A stretch of DNA of 63,855 nt, the filler included, from Choristocarpus tenellus KU-1152 (Eukaryota > Protista > Phaeophyceae): NCBI GenBank assembly GCA_964200185.2. It is 9 parts of 9 records of this genome, joined end to end, with 100 filler letters (N's around TTAATTAATTAA, not from the genome) between each part and the next. Parts side by side here need not be neighbours in the genome. Positions count along the whole stretch, not along the records: positions 1 to 24,642 come from CAXNAD020000206.1; 8 more parts are not named here. One strand, given 5' to 3'. The first letter of the stretch is position 1. Each line of letters begins with the position of its first letter. The notes under the pieces were generated by a model that saw only the letters and a program-made list of their open reading frames with translations, did no database searches and was not told the origin of the DNA. Both the position numbers and the translations under genes were made by a program. Below, in pieces: positions 1 through 15,100 of this stretch.

Positions 1-103
1 CATCAGCATCATTTAGCCTTCACCTAGTGGGTGAGTTTGGTATTGTCTTAATTCCCCCCCCCCCACCCCATGGCCCACATGGCCACCGTGCTCTTGTGTA
101 CAG

Positions 104-3100
104 TGTATCTTGGAGTGGAGTAAAGTGACCAATGTGTGCCCCCAATGCAAGTCACGCTTCCACGCAATTAAGGCTGTCAAGGAGCTGAGAAGGGGCAACA
201 ACAGGTGCAGCAATGTGTGTGTGCACTGAGTCAAAGTAAATGAGAGGTATCCACAATTGAATTTTAGGATGCTGACAATTATTTGCAAAATTCGACTTTT
301 TTTACAAAAGTGGATAGGATACTTTCTGAATGATGTCATAAAAGTTTCAAGCAATAGAAAAATAATACTCTCAAGTCAGACTTAGAACTCCATCCATGGG
401 AATACAGGTGAAACACAAAACATTGAAAAACTGAATTCATATGAAAACAGCCAAGACCTGGGTGCCTCTCATTTACTTTGGCTCACTGCAACAATCAAAC
501 ACAGCCAATAAAATACTTTTAACACTTTTTGTGCAGAAAGCACAGGACCAACGTGTTGGATGCCCCCATTGACTTGAATGGAGAGGGGCAAATGAATTGC
601 AGGGGTCAATGACACAGAGTAGCAAATGGTCCAGATACATCATAGCCTGTTTTACACAGGCATTGTGTTACTAACGATAGCATGAGGTTACACGCACACA
701 CACACATACACGCTTGAGTACCAGGGCATTTCACCGGACCAGGCAGTTAACATGGCTGTAGCAGAGATGTGATTGTGACTTCACAGATGGTTTACCATTT
801 GCAGCATTTCTGTTTTCAAAAGAGCCCTTCTTGATTCTCAGTGGAGGGTGTGTTGAGATCAACAATTTGTACGTACTTCATTATAAAAAGTTCCTTTATA
901 AAGCTGACTCTCAGCATCTTGCAAACTGCAGCATGGGTGATCTTCCCACCTGATCTCTTTTGCTCAAGATTTGCCATACACTCCTATACTTAGAATGTAG
1001 TGGAGATGTTTACAAATTCTGAAAAAGTTTATCATGCTGCATTGCTCTAGTTAGGTCTCCTCCCCTCAACCAAATGCTTTCATGCATCCAGGTACCGTGG
1101 AGCAGCAGTGGAAGTGGCGGACAGAGACCAGAGTTACAATTTTATGGACCTTAGGGACATCATAGCCCTGGACCCTGATGTGGGGTGCCATGCAGGTTGC
1201 CTCTTGCGGGGCGCAGTTGATGCTTACAACCCTCAGAGGGGGTGGGAGTTTTCTGTCCAAGTGAGTTGGGCAGAGTATGCTATAAGCTGTTCAGCCCCTC
1301 CCCACCAATGCCACAACTGTACCCCCTCCTGATGGGTAGAACAGGGGAGGAAGAAGTGATGACTTTGGCACATAGTGTAACCCATTGTTTTTTGTGTATC
1401 AACATGAATGGTGCCTTTTGCTGCCTCTTGTATTCTTACTAAAAGAGATTACCCCTAAATCCTCCATCCTCACCTTAGCCTCAACTCCTCCTGCCCCCCA
1501 CATGTGTTTTGGTGTGCTGGTGACTATTGGTGGTAGTGTGAGCAGTGTACAGGGTGGTTTCATGGGGTGTGCGTAGGCCTAGAAGATGAGAGGGCTGTTC
1601 CTGAACTGTGGCTTTGTGGGCCATGCCAGGGCTCCACCCACCAGGCTCTGTGGCAGGGACAGGGTCAAGGACAGGGACAACAAAGGCAGGAGCAGAGACA
1701 AGGAGAAAGAGGATCTGCTGGGCAAGCACAGGGTCGAGGACGGGGGCGAGGAAGAGGGCAAGGGAGGGCTCATCAGTCTGAGGTCAACAATATGTATAAT
1801 AGAGGAGCCATGCAGAGCAGCCCAAGGCAGGGGCAACAAGGGCGTACAGGGCGAGGTCAGGTAGAGGATTCTTACAGCAACAGAGGTAGAGAAAGAGTGT
1901 CTTCGACCACTGTTCTTGGTGGGGGTCAAGGGCGAGGCCGGGGAAGGGGAAGGAGTCAGCAGGGCCCAGGGGACCAAGCCAGTCACCAGGACAGCTCTGA
2001 AAGCCAAGGTCATACTGAGGGGCAAGGACCGGCACTAAGAGTGGGTGAGAGTCGGGTGCGCGTTCGAGGAGGTGGTGCTGCTGGTCGCGGTGGTGCACTT
2101 GTGGCACCAGTTGGAGCTCCAGGCACTGCTACTAGTCGGGTGCGTGGAAGAAGTGGAAGAGTTTCACCATCACCATCACAACCTGAGCCATCGCAGCCTT
2201 CAGTTGATATTGAGACAACTGCTGCTGTGCCAGGGGCCAGTAGGGTCCGTCGAAGTGGGGGCAGGGGCAGGGGCAGGGGCAGGGGGGGTGGAGAGAGGAG
2301 CATGGATATTGTCGGGGAGAAGGGTGAAGCATCAGCAGTTGAGGGTGTTGGTGAGTCAGCAGCGTCAGCAGCGTCAGCAGCGTCAGCAGCGTCAGCAGCG
2401 TCAGCAGCAGGTGAAGCCATTGAACATCCCTTTTAAATTGTATTTCAATGTGAATATGTATTGGTGTTTGTGGTGAGGGCAAAGGGAGCTTTGTAACATG
2501 GTCAGGAGTTGTATGTTTTGATATTTTGATTGTTTCCTACTTGAACCACATCACTGTATTAATATTTTGTCACACTTTGTCAACAGCCCAAGTAACCACT
2601 ACATCAATGGCATCTTTCGAGCTGTAGGTCACAATCCCCCCACACATACCTCCTCCCCCACCCTCTTGTTGCCATTATCTTGGCCGCTTGGGTTACGTTT
2701 TTTGCTGTTGTAGGGGAAGAAGGCGATGAATTGAGCTCTTCTAACACTACCCCACATACAACTACAAGGCAGAGTGGCGAAAGTTCGGTGGTGGAGGGAA
2801 GCAGCAGAAGTGGTAGGGGTGACAGCAGTAGTAGTGGGACAACTGCACCTTCAGGCATTGGAAGTGCTATCAGTGGTGAGTAGTGAGTATGGAGGTAATA
2901 CTGGTGAAAGTGGCAGTAGAGGCAAAGGCTGGCCGCTACGAGTAGGGCTTTATGGAGGAAGGCTTGTTGTAGTACAACGTGAAAGTATGACAGGCCCTCC
3001 TTTTGTGCTGAAAATGCTTTTGAAGTACTCTGGGGTAACTAATGAGATTTCACCATATTGCATGCAGATGTGCGTGTGAAAATTGTCAGGAAAAGGCTGT

Positions 3101-6100
3101 CTGAAATGGATCAAAATACTGAGCCTTGCCTAGATTGCTCGTAGAAAGATTGAGGGGGTGGGCAACATGAGGGGAGAGTAGCATATACACCATGACTGGA
3201 ACTAAATCCCTTTATTTTTTCTTAATAAATACTTTTGTTTAAAAGATCTTGCTTTGAAGTATTGTTGACATTGAATCATGGCATCAATTTATTGCTTCTA
3301 GTTGTGTTTGATGCTCCAAAGTATATGCAGTATTTTTTATTGTACTTGTCCCTTCTATTATTAGAATATGAAGGTAAAACATGGCTTGATGCTTGCTTTG
3401 TGATCCTACTTTTGGTATTTTGTTCCGTACCATCCAGCAAGGGGGAAGAAAAAATACTATGTTTGAGGAGAGGGAGATTGCTTGTGATGTTGATGGTGTT
3501 GGGTGCAACAGTTTCATTGAAAGTCGTCATTATAAAGTAAGACACTAGGCAAAGATTGAGTATTATTGATAAAAGATTGAGGAAGGCATTCCCAGGCTAA
3601 GTCTTTCAGTAGCAATGGAAGAGTAGTATAGAAGCAGTAGTTTTAGCCATGAAAGAGAGGGGAGAGGAAGGGAAATGGAGATTATGTGGCGGAAGGGTGT
3701 ACTTCTGTGCTAGTTCTCCTTGCTTCTGTGTTTCATGATATTTTAGAGATCTGTCAAATAATTTTTCCAAATTTCTCATGTGCCCTTGCGTCCTTCCTCC
3801 CCTTTACACCTCCTCCCCCCCCCTCGCCCCCAAGTAGTAAGTGATCCCATTGCGGCGCGACGACCTGTACGACTGGTGCGCTCACCTCGACCTTCCCCCA
3901 GTGGTACAAACCTAACACGGCAACAAGCCTCTGTGGCACACTCTCGCATTGTGCTGGAACAGTCCCCCATGTTGCGATTCCTGGAGGCAGGCCGCCAGGC
4001 TGATTTTTGTGACGTGTGTGGATTTGACACTGAGGAAGGAAACCTGATCATATACTGTGACTCTTGCAACATCGGGGTGCATCAAACGTGCTATGGGGTT
4101 TCCAAGGTGAGGGGGTGGCAAGGGTTGTGCTTGGTATGATAGGGAAGTTTTGGGGTGTCTCTTTTGAATGAAAGAGTAAGTTCTGTTGCGTAGAAGGGGA
4201 TTCCTGAACCTTGACAATGAAGAATCCCTTTTGACTGGACTATCTATGGGGTCTAGAATTGGTAAGAGATAAGGCATAGTTGACATCATCTCCAGTTGGA
4301 GATGGTTCATTCCACCAGGCTAATACTCAAGCATTTGAGATTTCTTTGTCGGTAACACTGTTGTGCCTTGAGAGAATGTTTCTTAATAAGGGTGTTCTTG
4401 TTTGTTCCTTACCTTGCCTATTTTTGTAGGGTAGAGTTTGAAAGCTGGTGAATTTCAGACAATCAACGGGTGAACTCAGTTTTCTTAGGTGAATGTTACA
4501 ACCTATTACTGCTGTCTGGTACGCAGCTCCAAGCATGCATGGAGGAGGAGGCTATGAAACTCTCTGTGACGCATGTGACAAGATCTGTGTGGTTTAGAGA
4601 GCAGCCCAGAGCAACAGTCTTCCTGTAATATACGTATATATACACACTGTACACAAACAGTTCCTTCAAAGTGAAAAGTTTATACTATATATGAAGTACA
4701 ACATATAGTGTTTTTTATCAAGGGTGTGTTTTGTATACTGCTGTGATGTTTTTTTCAGGATGAGATACATTAGAGGTAGAGGTTTACTTGTCAAGTTGGC
4801 GTGTGGATGAATCACAACTACGGTCTTCCTATATTCGGGGTGATTGCCTCCCTTGGGATGTTGGTTGTGGGATTGTGGGTTGTCATGTTTGATTTTGTTT
4901 ATTTTTTGAGTTGAAGAGGCCACTTGGGTGGCGGGTAGTGTATTTTTTAATCCAGTGTTGTGTCAAAATGTTCACACTTCCAGGTTTGGGAGGGACCTGC
5001 TGACGTGTGTATTAGGAAGTAAACAGTTGTTGCATTTTGTTCATATGCACAGCACAGTAGTTTATTGGATATTTATTTTTTTCTTCTGTGGTAGTTTGAC
5101 TATTCTGTTTGAATTTTTTTTTAAATCCCTCGTGATTGGAATCACCTAAAGGAAAAAAAGCAATGTTGTTTATCACCAAGTACACACAAGCACAAGCACA
5201 CGCCCCTGAATTCCAATGCTTGCACCCCATTCATATTCTTAGTATCTTGATGTATGATTTGCAATACCTGGCCTCCAAATGCCTGAAGGGTGTTGAGGAC
5301 AACCTATCTAGTCATCACTACTGTGTTCACACAGCACAAATAGCCAGCAACAGACAGGCAAGAAATTACCGTTCCTGGCTCTACATGGTTCCTGCAGCTC
5401 CCATAGACTCTATAAATACCTTCCTTTCCTTTACTTAAAGTTGGACTGTTCTTTTTGTGGAATCATGATACCTGTGGTGGAATGGACCGAGCCCCTCACT
5501 GTTCTCTCGCTAATAGATGTTGGTAGCCCAGGCTGATTTGATGTTGTGGGTGCACTATGTACCATATGTTCATTTCAGAGTGGCCCAAGGTGGCCTAGTT
5601 TTATCAGCAGGCTATACAGTAGCTACAGTAGTGGAATGATGTCAATACTCTGTATCTGAAATCACTGTATCCAATTGCCGTCTCACTCAGTGCATCCCTG
5701 AGAACTGAACAGGATGTTGTCAGAAGAGGGTTAGGGAGCACATGATCATCCTACCATTCAACATAGATAGACAGCCCACAGCCCAGACTGTGCCAGTGCA
5801 TGACAGGAGGTGGCCCTTCACTGGGGATGCATGTGTCACTGGTGGCAAATGCATGATGGGGCCTAGACTTTGAGCCGCTCAGTGGCTGACATGAGTGGCA
5901 GGACAATCATGTGGCCTTTCGCTCAGTACATCATGTTGCTGAGGGTGTGTGTCCTTGTCTTGAATACACTGAGGTAGAGGGTGTTTGGGAGTGTATAATG
6001 GTCTTGGTGGCAGTATCTATGTAATTCTGGGGCTGACACTGTTGAAACGTATAGTAAATATCAGGTCACTTTGAGCTACATTGAAGTGACATGAGATATC

Positions 6101-9100
6101 TGGTGTACCTGTGACGTTAGCTCAACCCAAGTTGCCAATGCACACCAGAACGGGGTTGAGGGGGGTCTCACCTTGGACCACTCCAGGAATCATAAATGAG
6201 CAAAAATATTATCCTCGGTAGGAACTGGAGCCAAGGTAGACAGGAATTGGGATGGCGGTCATGGGTTCTGTGACACATCCAGCACTGGCCATGGCTCAGA
6301 TGTGTTGAGACTAGACGATACCCATGCAGAGGGTCGAGACTGCCGTTGACTGAATGTGCTATTCTTGAATATATTTGCCTGCTGTAGCTAGAGTAGTTCT
6401 GACCCTCATTCTCCTATGCCTTAACCACCTGCATTGGTTCAGATTCCCAAGAAGGCATGGTATTGCGGTCCGTGCTCTCAAGGCATCCACCCTTCCAATG
6501 TGGTGAGCATCCCCCCCCCACACCCTTTCACTGTGCCACCTGGTGAGGAACTATTATTGTGTCAAGATTGTTGGGTGGACCTATTCCCATGTTTGTTTTG
6601 GCAGGTCCTGCTGCTCTTCCATCCCCTTTCCCCCCCTGTTCTCCCTGTGGCAAACTATGATTCATGAAATTTGTGAAAGGGTGTAGGTACTGTTTTTGTA
6701 TATAACCAGAAGACTCGATGGCTCCAGGGGCTGGTTCATTAGTGCCTTACAATTGTCTCGCCAAAATAGGTTTACACCTTTGTCTATGCCAAAACTTGTT
6801 CTTTGCTGTAGTAATGTCTAATATGCAATGCTGAGTCAACAATATAAGTCGAGGTGTTTTACAGCACAGGTTATGCTTTCTTTTCACAGACATTGCAGTG
6901 GTGCAGTGGGTGAATCTGTATGTCCCTGTGCCCCTGAATTTCTCCCCAGAGTCAACCCTAACCCTGCTGCCCCTCCACCTCCTGCTGCCTACACTCCTCC
7001 CCTGAATCACTGTCAATATGGGTCTGGGTTTGAACACTTGGCAGTCATGTCGCTTTTGCCCTCTGAAGGGGGGGGCATTCAAACGCTGCACTGATGGAAC
7101 ATGGGGACATGTCCTGTGTGCATTCTGGATACCTGAGTGTTGTTTCATGGACCCAGGTACCCTCTGCTTCCCCCCCTTTCTAATGTATAAAGGTCCCTTC
7201 CATCTGTATCCTCAATGTACTTGGTATGACTCCTTAGACTAATGCTTGGTTTACCGTATCTTTCCCAGAGTCTATCCCCGGATAGGTTTTGTATTTATAT
7301 ACAACAGCCATGTTGCAAATGTAGGTGTTTTTTGTTGAAGTGATTGTTGCAGCTACAAAGCAACGAAATTCAGTTGGTTGGCAGGTGTCTATCTGTCCAT
7401 GAAGCAACGGCCTTTTGTTAGTTCTTTCTGCAAAATTGAGAGGCAGTGGTTGGAAGGTGGTGATAGTGTGTCGTCATGGGACAGTCAACTTCACAAGGTC
7501 TTGTGTTTTTGTTAATATTTTAATGTGTTGAAGTACAAACATGAGCTATCAACAAAATCAGATCTTTCCTAAGCACCCAATGCTCTTGTGTTTCCATTTC
7601 TGTGGATGGTGCAAGGAAAACCTGGTTGTGCCCCCTATGTAAGGAAAGTAGGAAGATGAAACTATGATTGCATCTGCAGATACCACTACATGCTCCGAAT
7701 ACTGCTCTTCACCTCCTATGGTGCCTCCTTCCCTGCTGTACTTGGATTCCTGCCCCCACTTCTCTCCCTGTAATTTGCCCCTTGCATGTTGGTGTGGTGT
7801 CTATGTGCAACATAGGTGTTGGTCTCATGTCCGTATTCATACCTATGTTTTTATGTGCGGGATACTTTTTGTTCGTGATAGGATGGAGGAATGCATGCAT
7901 CATATTCATAGTTTTTGTGCTTTGTATGTATATTTGCCTAATTGCATCTATGTGTTTTACGATTTTTGTCATATTTTGCATTCAGTGCATACTATGTTGA
8001 ATATACTCTTAAATGCAAATATGTGTGTATGTGCATCAAACGAGCAGAAAAGATGGAACCAGTGGGCAGTATCAACATGAGAGGCGAGTCAGGTGGTGTA
8101 GAAGAACACATACCCCCCTTCCGAAACAGAAAATGCTATATATGTGCAACCAGTGAGGGCACTGCCATCAGATGTCACACTTCAGGATGCAAGTTCCACC
8201 TCCATCCCATGTGCGGCAGCAGAGCAGGTAATGTGTACATGGAAATAGAAACGCCCAAGGGGGGAGAGCCAGATGAGGATTCAGCAGCACCTGTGCATCT
8301 TGTGGCTAGGTGCCCAAGGTGAGGTCTGGGCTTGTTGAAGAGGTGAACGTTTGGTGTGAGGAAGAGATGAGGAGTTGGGAAAGTGTTTGTCAACTTGCAG
8401 CCATTTTGAAGGACCTAAATTCACCCCAAAACAGTTTTATTTGTCACTGACTTTCTCTTTTTTCATAAAGCTTGCACCCTATAGATATTTTGAAATGATA
8501 GCACCCTTGTGCTGCTGTTGCTTGATGGTACACGAATCTATATAGTAGGATCCTTTTCCCTTGATGAGCTTTTTTGACACTTACAAAGGTCAAGTCTATT
8601 GGGGAGGCATGCGTCGTAACTGTCACCCTCTACAGCACAAGAAAGTGTCAGTGCCCCAACTTACCTCTTCCATGTGCATCTGGTATCTCAAACCTCTGTT
8701 ATTTATCAAGACATACCAAGGCCAACAAGGTAGGTGCTCCTGGGCAAAAGAGTCGGTCCACCCGTGCAGTCTCCCCTGACCCATCATCAACTGACCCATT
8801 ACGAGCACTAGGAAAGAGGATTAAGGCGAAAGTGGTAGTCCCAGCACCGTCAACAATGGAAGGGAATAGGAGGAATGGGGATGGTGCTGACGCAAGTGCA
8901 GATTCAGGATCAGCACCAAATAGAAAGGGAGCAGAGCACTTGATTTTGGAAGGAAGAGTGGCTTGGTTCAATCCTATACAGGGGCGATACTGCCTGGTGG
9001 GGCAAGACAATAATGCAGTTTGGGTTGACTGGGAAAAGTTGGTGAAGAACAAGGCCATTGTCCAAGACCCCAAAACTGGTGTAGAAGTCCTGGCGGAGGT

Positions 9101-12100
9101 GCCAAAGGATGAAGGGGGGGGAAACACAGCAGGGGCAGAGGCAGGACCTGATGGAGAGGAGGGCGGTGAGAGTGAGACAAGGGAGGGGAGTGGGGCTGAT
9201 GATGTTGGTCCTACTGCTCCTGCTGATAGCAAAACTTCCACCACTGCAGGTAAGGCAAAGATGGATGCAATGGTGGTTGATATTGGACCAAGACCTGGTG
9301 ATTTGCAGAGTGAGGATAGAAAAGTAGAACCAGTTCAGGCTGTATTACCAATCAAGGGACCAAATGCCAGTGCTGAAGTGGGATCTGATTCAGGGGGGGG
9401 GAAGGCTGTGATGGGGACTGATGCTGAGACTGAGACAAAGGCTGAGGGGGCTGCTGGGACTGAGTCTAAAACTAAGGTGAAGGTGGAGGTGCGTTCAAGG
9501 GGTAAGAATGGTCGTTTTGTGGTGGGGGTGGGAGGAGTGGGGTCAGGTTCAGGAAGTGCTACGGATATCACTGCAGCGTTGGATCCTGGACTGTTTGCAC
9601 CTCGGTACCCCATGCGTGTGAGGAAGAAGCCAGGGGATGCAAATGCGGGGGCAAGTGCTGTGGTGTCTGCTTTGGTGGCATCCAGCCCTCAGGCTGATGT
9701 TGGTAAAGGAGCAAGTGTGGGATCAAGTCAAGGTTCTTTGAAGAGGCCACGTTTGGCAAGGGGATTGAGTGGAATCCCTTCAAGGAATAGTCGGTTGTCA
9801 TCAATTGATGACACCCTTGGGAAGACACCAGAAGTCACTCAGCAAGAAGAGGGCAAGGGTGGCTCAGGATTGGATCCCGCGAGTAGTTCTAAGTCAGAAG
9901 CAGGTATTCTTGTGGAGTCCCAATCCAGATTAGAACCCCAAAGTCAAGATTCAGGCACAGGGGCTGCAGCTGAAAGTGGGGTAGGATCAGTAATGAACAA
10001 ACCAGAGGATGTGGAACCTTGTGTCAGTGGTAGGGTTGGGGAAGGGGTGGATGGAGTAGAGGTGGCAGGAGCTGGAGCCAAGGCTGGGCCTGAGGGGACT
10101 GAAACTGCACTACTTGAGGTGCAGAAACAGAACAGAGCAGAGGACAAGGCTATTAGTTCTGTCTTCTACCGACCGGGTTGGCGTGGAATTGGATTCAATG
10201 GCCAGGTTCCTGTGATGTGCTTTCGATCTGTCCCCACTGGACGAGGAGGGCAGGCAACTTACATCAACAGTTCTTTCTCAAGTTTGGGGTCAATTCCAGC
10301 TTCTCTTTGCCCTTGGCGCAAGGTCAGCCCCAGAGCTGGTTCTGAGACTGAGGAGGGTGTTGCAGTGGTGACACCAAGGCATAGTCCAGGAAGGTTTTCG
10401 TTCGATTTTGGAGGGTGCAGGAGATGTGGAGAGGGTGCAGCAGAACAAAAGTTGCCACAGCCCATTGGAGATGGAGCAGGGAATAAAAAGAAGTCCTCTG
10501 GTACTCTGGTCAGGAGTCCCAGAAAGCGACCTCGAGATGTGGATGAAGATGAGGAAGAGGAGTTCGAGAGTTCAAGGATTGAAGGTAGAAGTCAAAACAT
10601 GGACCTGTGTGAGAGTGAGAATCAAGACGATGCTGGATCAACTGGGACATGTGAAGGTCCGGTAGAGGAAGCGGGAGCGGGAGCAGATTCTGGGTCATCA
10701 GGAACTGGTCTAATTCGATATCCTGATGAAGAGGATAGTTTGCTGAAGTGCACTGCATCGCCAACGGGTGTACAGACAGATGGACTTGAGGATGGGGAGA
10801 TTGCCGTGGGGACGGATGGGAAGATCAAGGTGTCAGAAGATGGTCCTCTGAAAAGATCTGAAGTGGACAGGGAGGTAGAAGATGCTGCAGTGGAAACAGG
10901 GGGTTCAACAGGACTTAAAGAAAGTGAAGGTAAGGGAGTGGGAACTGGTGGCCTTGAGGTGGTTGGTCAGGATGGTGCAGTTGGAGCAGGGGGAAGAGTG
11001 GAAGACAGAAGGGAGGGAGAAGGAGTAGTGGGGGTTGAGATGGAGGGAGATGGGGGTTACCAAAGTGATGATTTTAGCGGTGCTGAGGAGTTCAGTGGAG
11101 CAGAGATGGACCCCCCACAAATCAACAGCGCCCAAAACGATGATATTGAAAGGAATTCCACCAACCCGAATGGTGTATTCTCTGGGGGATCTGGCAGTAG
11201 CACCATTGCCAGAGCTGGTGCTGGTTCTAGCATCAGTTATGCAAGTCCTCAAGGGCAAGAACCGGAGTCCTCGGAAGGTAACTTGTACCCACCATCTCAC
11301 TGGCAAAAGGAGGGAGATTATAACTCTCATGCAGAGCTGTCTTTGCCGTTATCAGTTTCAGCAGTTTCGCCTCCTCCAGTAGACATGACCCAGACACTAC
11401 GGGGTATTGTACGGGAGCAGCTTGCCGGGGTACTGCGCTCAGCCGCGTCCCAGGGGAGGGGCATTCCAACCATTTTAGTTGGAAGGGGTGGAGATAGAGG
11501 GAGAGTGGAGGAGGAGGACTCTTTGTCAAGTGTTTGTGAGGAGATTGAGGGGGAGCTGTTCCGGACATTATACAGGAAGGAGACAGAGGGCAGGGAGTAC
11601 AAGGTGAGTATTAATAAGTTATTTTTCTTGTTTTTGTTCATGACCATTCCTTCCCTGCAAAGGAGCATGTTACTCTCTTTTGCTTGTAATATTTCTGGTG
11701 TTTGGTGTTGTATCCATGTCAATATTTAGGAGAACAGTGGAGTTCCTTCCCCCCCTCCCCGCAGGAACTCTGTTTTTTGTTGGATAGGGGGGGGGGTGGT
11801 TGTCACACTTTAAGATACATTAATGTGATTCTACATTGCGACCAGGTAATGGACCCTCAGGTTGCGAGGATAGCAACCTTGAAACAAATTGTAATTTTCA
11901 AATTGAAGTAATTTGAAGTATATGTGTCTTGATGCACAAGAAGATCTTGATATCAACTGACAGATTTGTTTCTGTGTGTCGTTAGGATGGGGACCTTGGT
12001 TGGAGTTGTTGGCATGATAGTTGAGTACTGGCATTTTGACAAATACTGCATCGCTCCTATATAGATCTAGATTTAGTACATTTGTGTTCAGGATTATGTT

Positions 12101-15100
12101 TACTCGTTGATCACCTTGACTTCTGTGTGTGTGTAATATTTTGATGCAAGACTTGTATGTTTCTGCTCCTTCCCAAAGATGTCAGGTGTCCACATGCTCG
12201 GGGTCCTAACCCACCTTGGTATATATATATGTACATATTTGTGCGTTTGGAAAATCACATTTGCTGGCATGGCCACAGTACTATACAAAGACCAAGTCGG
12301 CAAGTCAGTGTTTAAAGATACATGGTGCACACATGAAACATTCTCTAGGAATGTAGCCAGGAAGTCATATTTTTCAACATCACCTGATGGGTGCCCCGAT
12401 ATACTCTGATACTATTACTGAAATTATTTTTTGTAGGATATGGCCATAACTTTGATATTTCTTGCTCAAGTCATGTATTTAAAGAATGTTCAGTGAATGC
12501 TGAGTGCAAGGGGCATCGAATGGTATAAGTGGAAGGCTAAATTTCAATAGGTGGCACATGGTATGAAGTTATTCCATGTGTTTTGAGATGGTTGGAATAG
12601 GGTGAAAATCACACATCCCTAGTTAAAACAGTGATATTTCAGGGCTTTTACATGAGAGCACATATGCTGGCAAAGAGTGTATGTTAAGACACCTGTTTGA
12701 GTATAGCTGGTGCTGTTGGGAATGATACAGGACTTGAGAAATACAGTGGTGACTGTCGTGATACCAGTGTAGTATTTTGACACATTTGGCATACATAGTA
12801 TGAAGTCAGAGGGTACACTGATATTTGGTGCATTCTGCTCATGCCAGACACTAGATCGTATATACCCCTGCATGTTTCTGTGTGAGGTTGACCTTCCAGA
12901 CTTTGTTGTTCATTGATGTTGGATCACTGAAGCAATGAAATGCTTTGTGCTCATGCGGGTTCATTATTTGTTTATTTCTCTACACAGGCTGCCATGTCTC
13001 CATCCACCTCTTTGCCCATATCCCCCCCATGCCCTTCATTTTCTTGTACATCCTCCTCAGTCGTCCTCAGCTTCAGCTTCTTCATTTAGTGGCTTCAATC
13101 AAGCGTAGTAACTTGGTGTTTAACACTCTTGACCCCCTTCCCTGCGTTCTCTCTAGGCTTGCACTTCCCCATGATCCAGCCTCTCTCAAAATATTAAGAA
13201 CTCCAGTTGTGATACCCCTATGCCGGATGAATGACTCGGAAGTGTGTAAATTTGAGACAATGGGGTGCCTCACACAGTTCCCAGGTACCACACAAAAGAT
13301 TCCGTTGCCTTGCTGGACTTCATCAGGTCGAGAAATCTCCCTAACCCAATTCGGACAATCCCCAAACCCACATCCTCTCAACTTCCAAGCACCGCTGTGC
13401 AACCTCTAGAAACTCCCTGTTGACAAAAGGAAAACCTGTGGAATGCCAGGATCTTGATCTTTCCAATGCACCACTCGTCATCATAGATTGTGAGGGCTTT
13501 ACTAGTTAAGCAGCAAAGAGTGACTTAGAAAATAAAAATTTGGCCCTCAGAAAGATGAAGAAAAGCGACCTAGAAACCAAGCTTTCATTCCTACTAACTA
13601 GTTCCGTCCATAGTAGATGTCCAATGTATGCCAAGCAATGCAAGCAGACAAGACTGAACCTTGAGAGTGTGGAGCCAACGGTCTCATAAGTAGATTATTG
13701 ATATATTTCCTCCTTACTGTCCAATGAGCCCAACACCAAGGAGAGACAAGGCAAAAGCTAAACTCTGATTGAGTTACAGGGCAATACACTCAACATCCCT
13801 CGCCCGCTGCGTTTTTATTTGGATAGTATGCCAAGAGCTCTTGACTGGAGGGCATAATTGTGCACTATCTTTGTGGTACAGCAGCCGACTCTTACCTATA
13901 AAAAAGAGTCAAAGTATCTTAGAGGGTTGAGCCAAGTCCGCTTGGGGTCCAAAAACCAATGTTGCAATTTCGATGTAATTTTGGCTATTGTGTTTGTTAG
14001 GAAGTGTCAATATCCCTGTTCCAGGCGAACCTTTTCATAACGTATACATTTTGCCTTCTCGGAAATGTTTTGGAGTAGGAAAATGTCATAAAAACATCCA
14101 TGGGAAGCCAAGCCCCAAATGGACAAACAGGGCAAAACTCGTACCCTCTAAGATACTTTCTCTCAAAGCTCCTTGAGGAAATGGTTGTGACTGTAGTTTG
14201 GGTACGACGGTTCATATTTCAAAATGTAATTTCTTACTCCAGTTGTGTTCCGCACACTTCTTCTTTTAAGCTTGAGGGTGCAAATTGCACTCATTTTTGA
14301 CTGAAAAAAAATCGACAAGAAACAGCACCTTGAAACAATGGTACATAAGAAGAAAGAGGGTAATATTTATGACCAAATTGGCATGCTCAGCAAGAGGTCA
14401 CACAGTTGTATTAGATATTGTTTCGAGTCTGACAAGACTTACGAAAAGAATTTAATGGTATGAGAGTTTCTGTGCCAGATGCTCGTTGATTCCTGAATTT
14501 TGTTTTTGGTGATGGAGGAGATACTGGAGGATATCCCACTAATATCTCTACAGAAAAAATAAAGGAAGTGAATCTACTTCTCTGTTGTAATCGATTTCTC
14601 TTTTGTTTTTGATGATTTCCGATACTGAAAGTCCACACCGTTATTTTTCATCATTATTATAACTACTACTACTACTACTACAGTTGGAAATCAAGATTAA
14701 TAGTACTGATTCATTATCGTTATTACTAATACTACTGCAGTTGAAAATCGAGATTAATAGTGCTGGTTCATTATCGTTATTGCTACTATTACTACAGTTG
14801 AAAATCGAGATTAATAGTGCTGGTTCATTATCGTTATTGCTATTGCCACAATTAGAAATTCAAAGTGGAATGTTTTGATGCTTTCTGATTGAACTGTCAC
14901 TGGAGAAAAGTTGGAGATTGATCGAATCATTTTTCCAGTTGAGGTGAGGGTTCACCGGAGACAGGATCTAAGCGGACAATGACTGCATGATCTGTGCCAA
15001 GTGCTTGCGTATGTATTGTAATAGCTTGAATCTTTTCATCCTAACTATTTTCAAGGAAACAAGCGTGTGGATGTTTCAAAGCAAAAATGTTATCTGCTCA

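Noticed and set aside
1-36. Possible exon ending at GTGAGT (31-36)
   Set aside because: No frame gives the missing N-terminal RING residues or the phase needed to join exon 104.
8574-11729. Stand-alone 1051-aa gene
   Set aside because: It is one large internal exon (8711-11603) whose start completes the ePHD CxxH; ORF ends run into introns.
14681-14860. CRISPR-like array (also considered 25373-25540 and 35622-35835)
   Set aside because: Whole units repeat with no unique spacers, there are no cas genes, and the context is eukaryotic.
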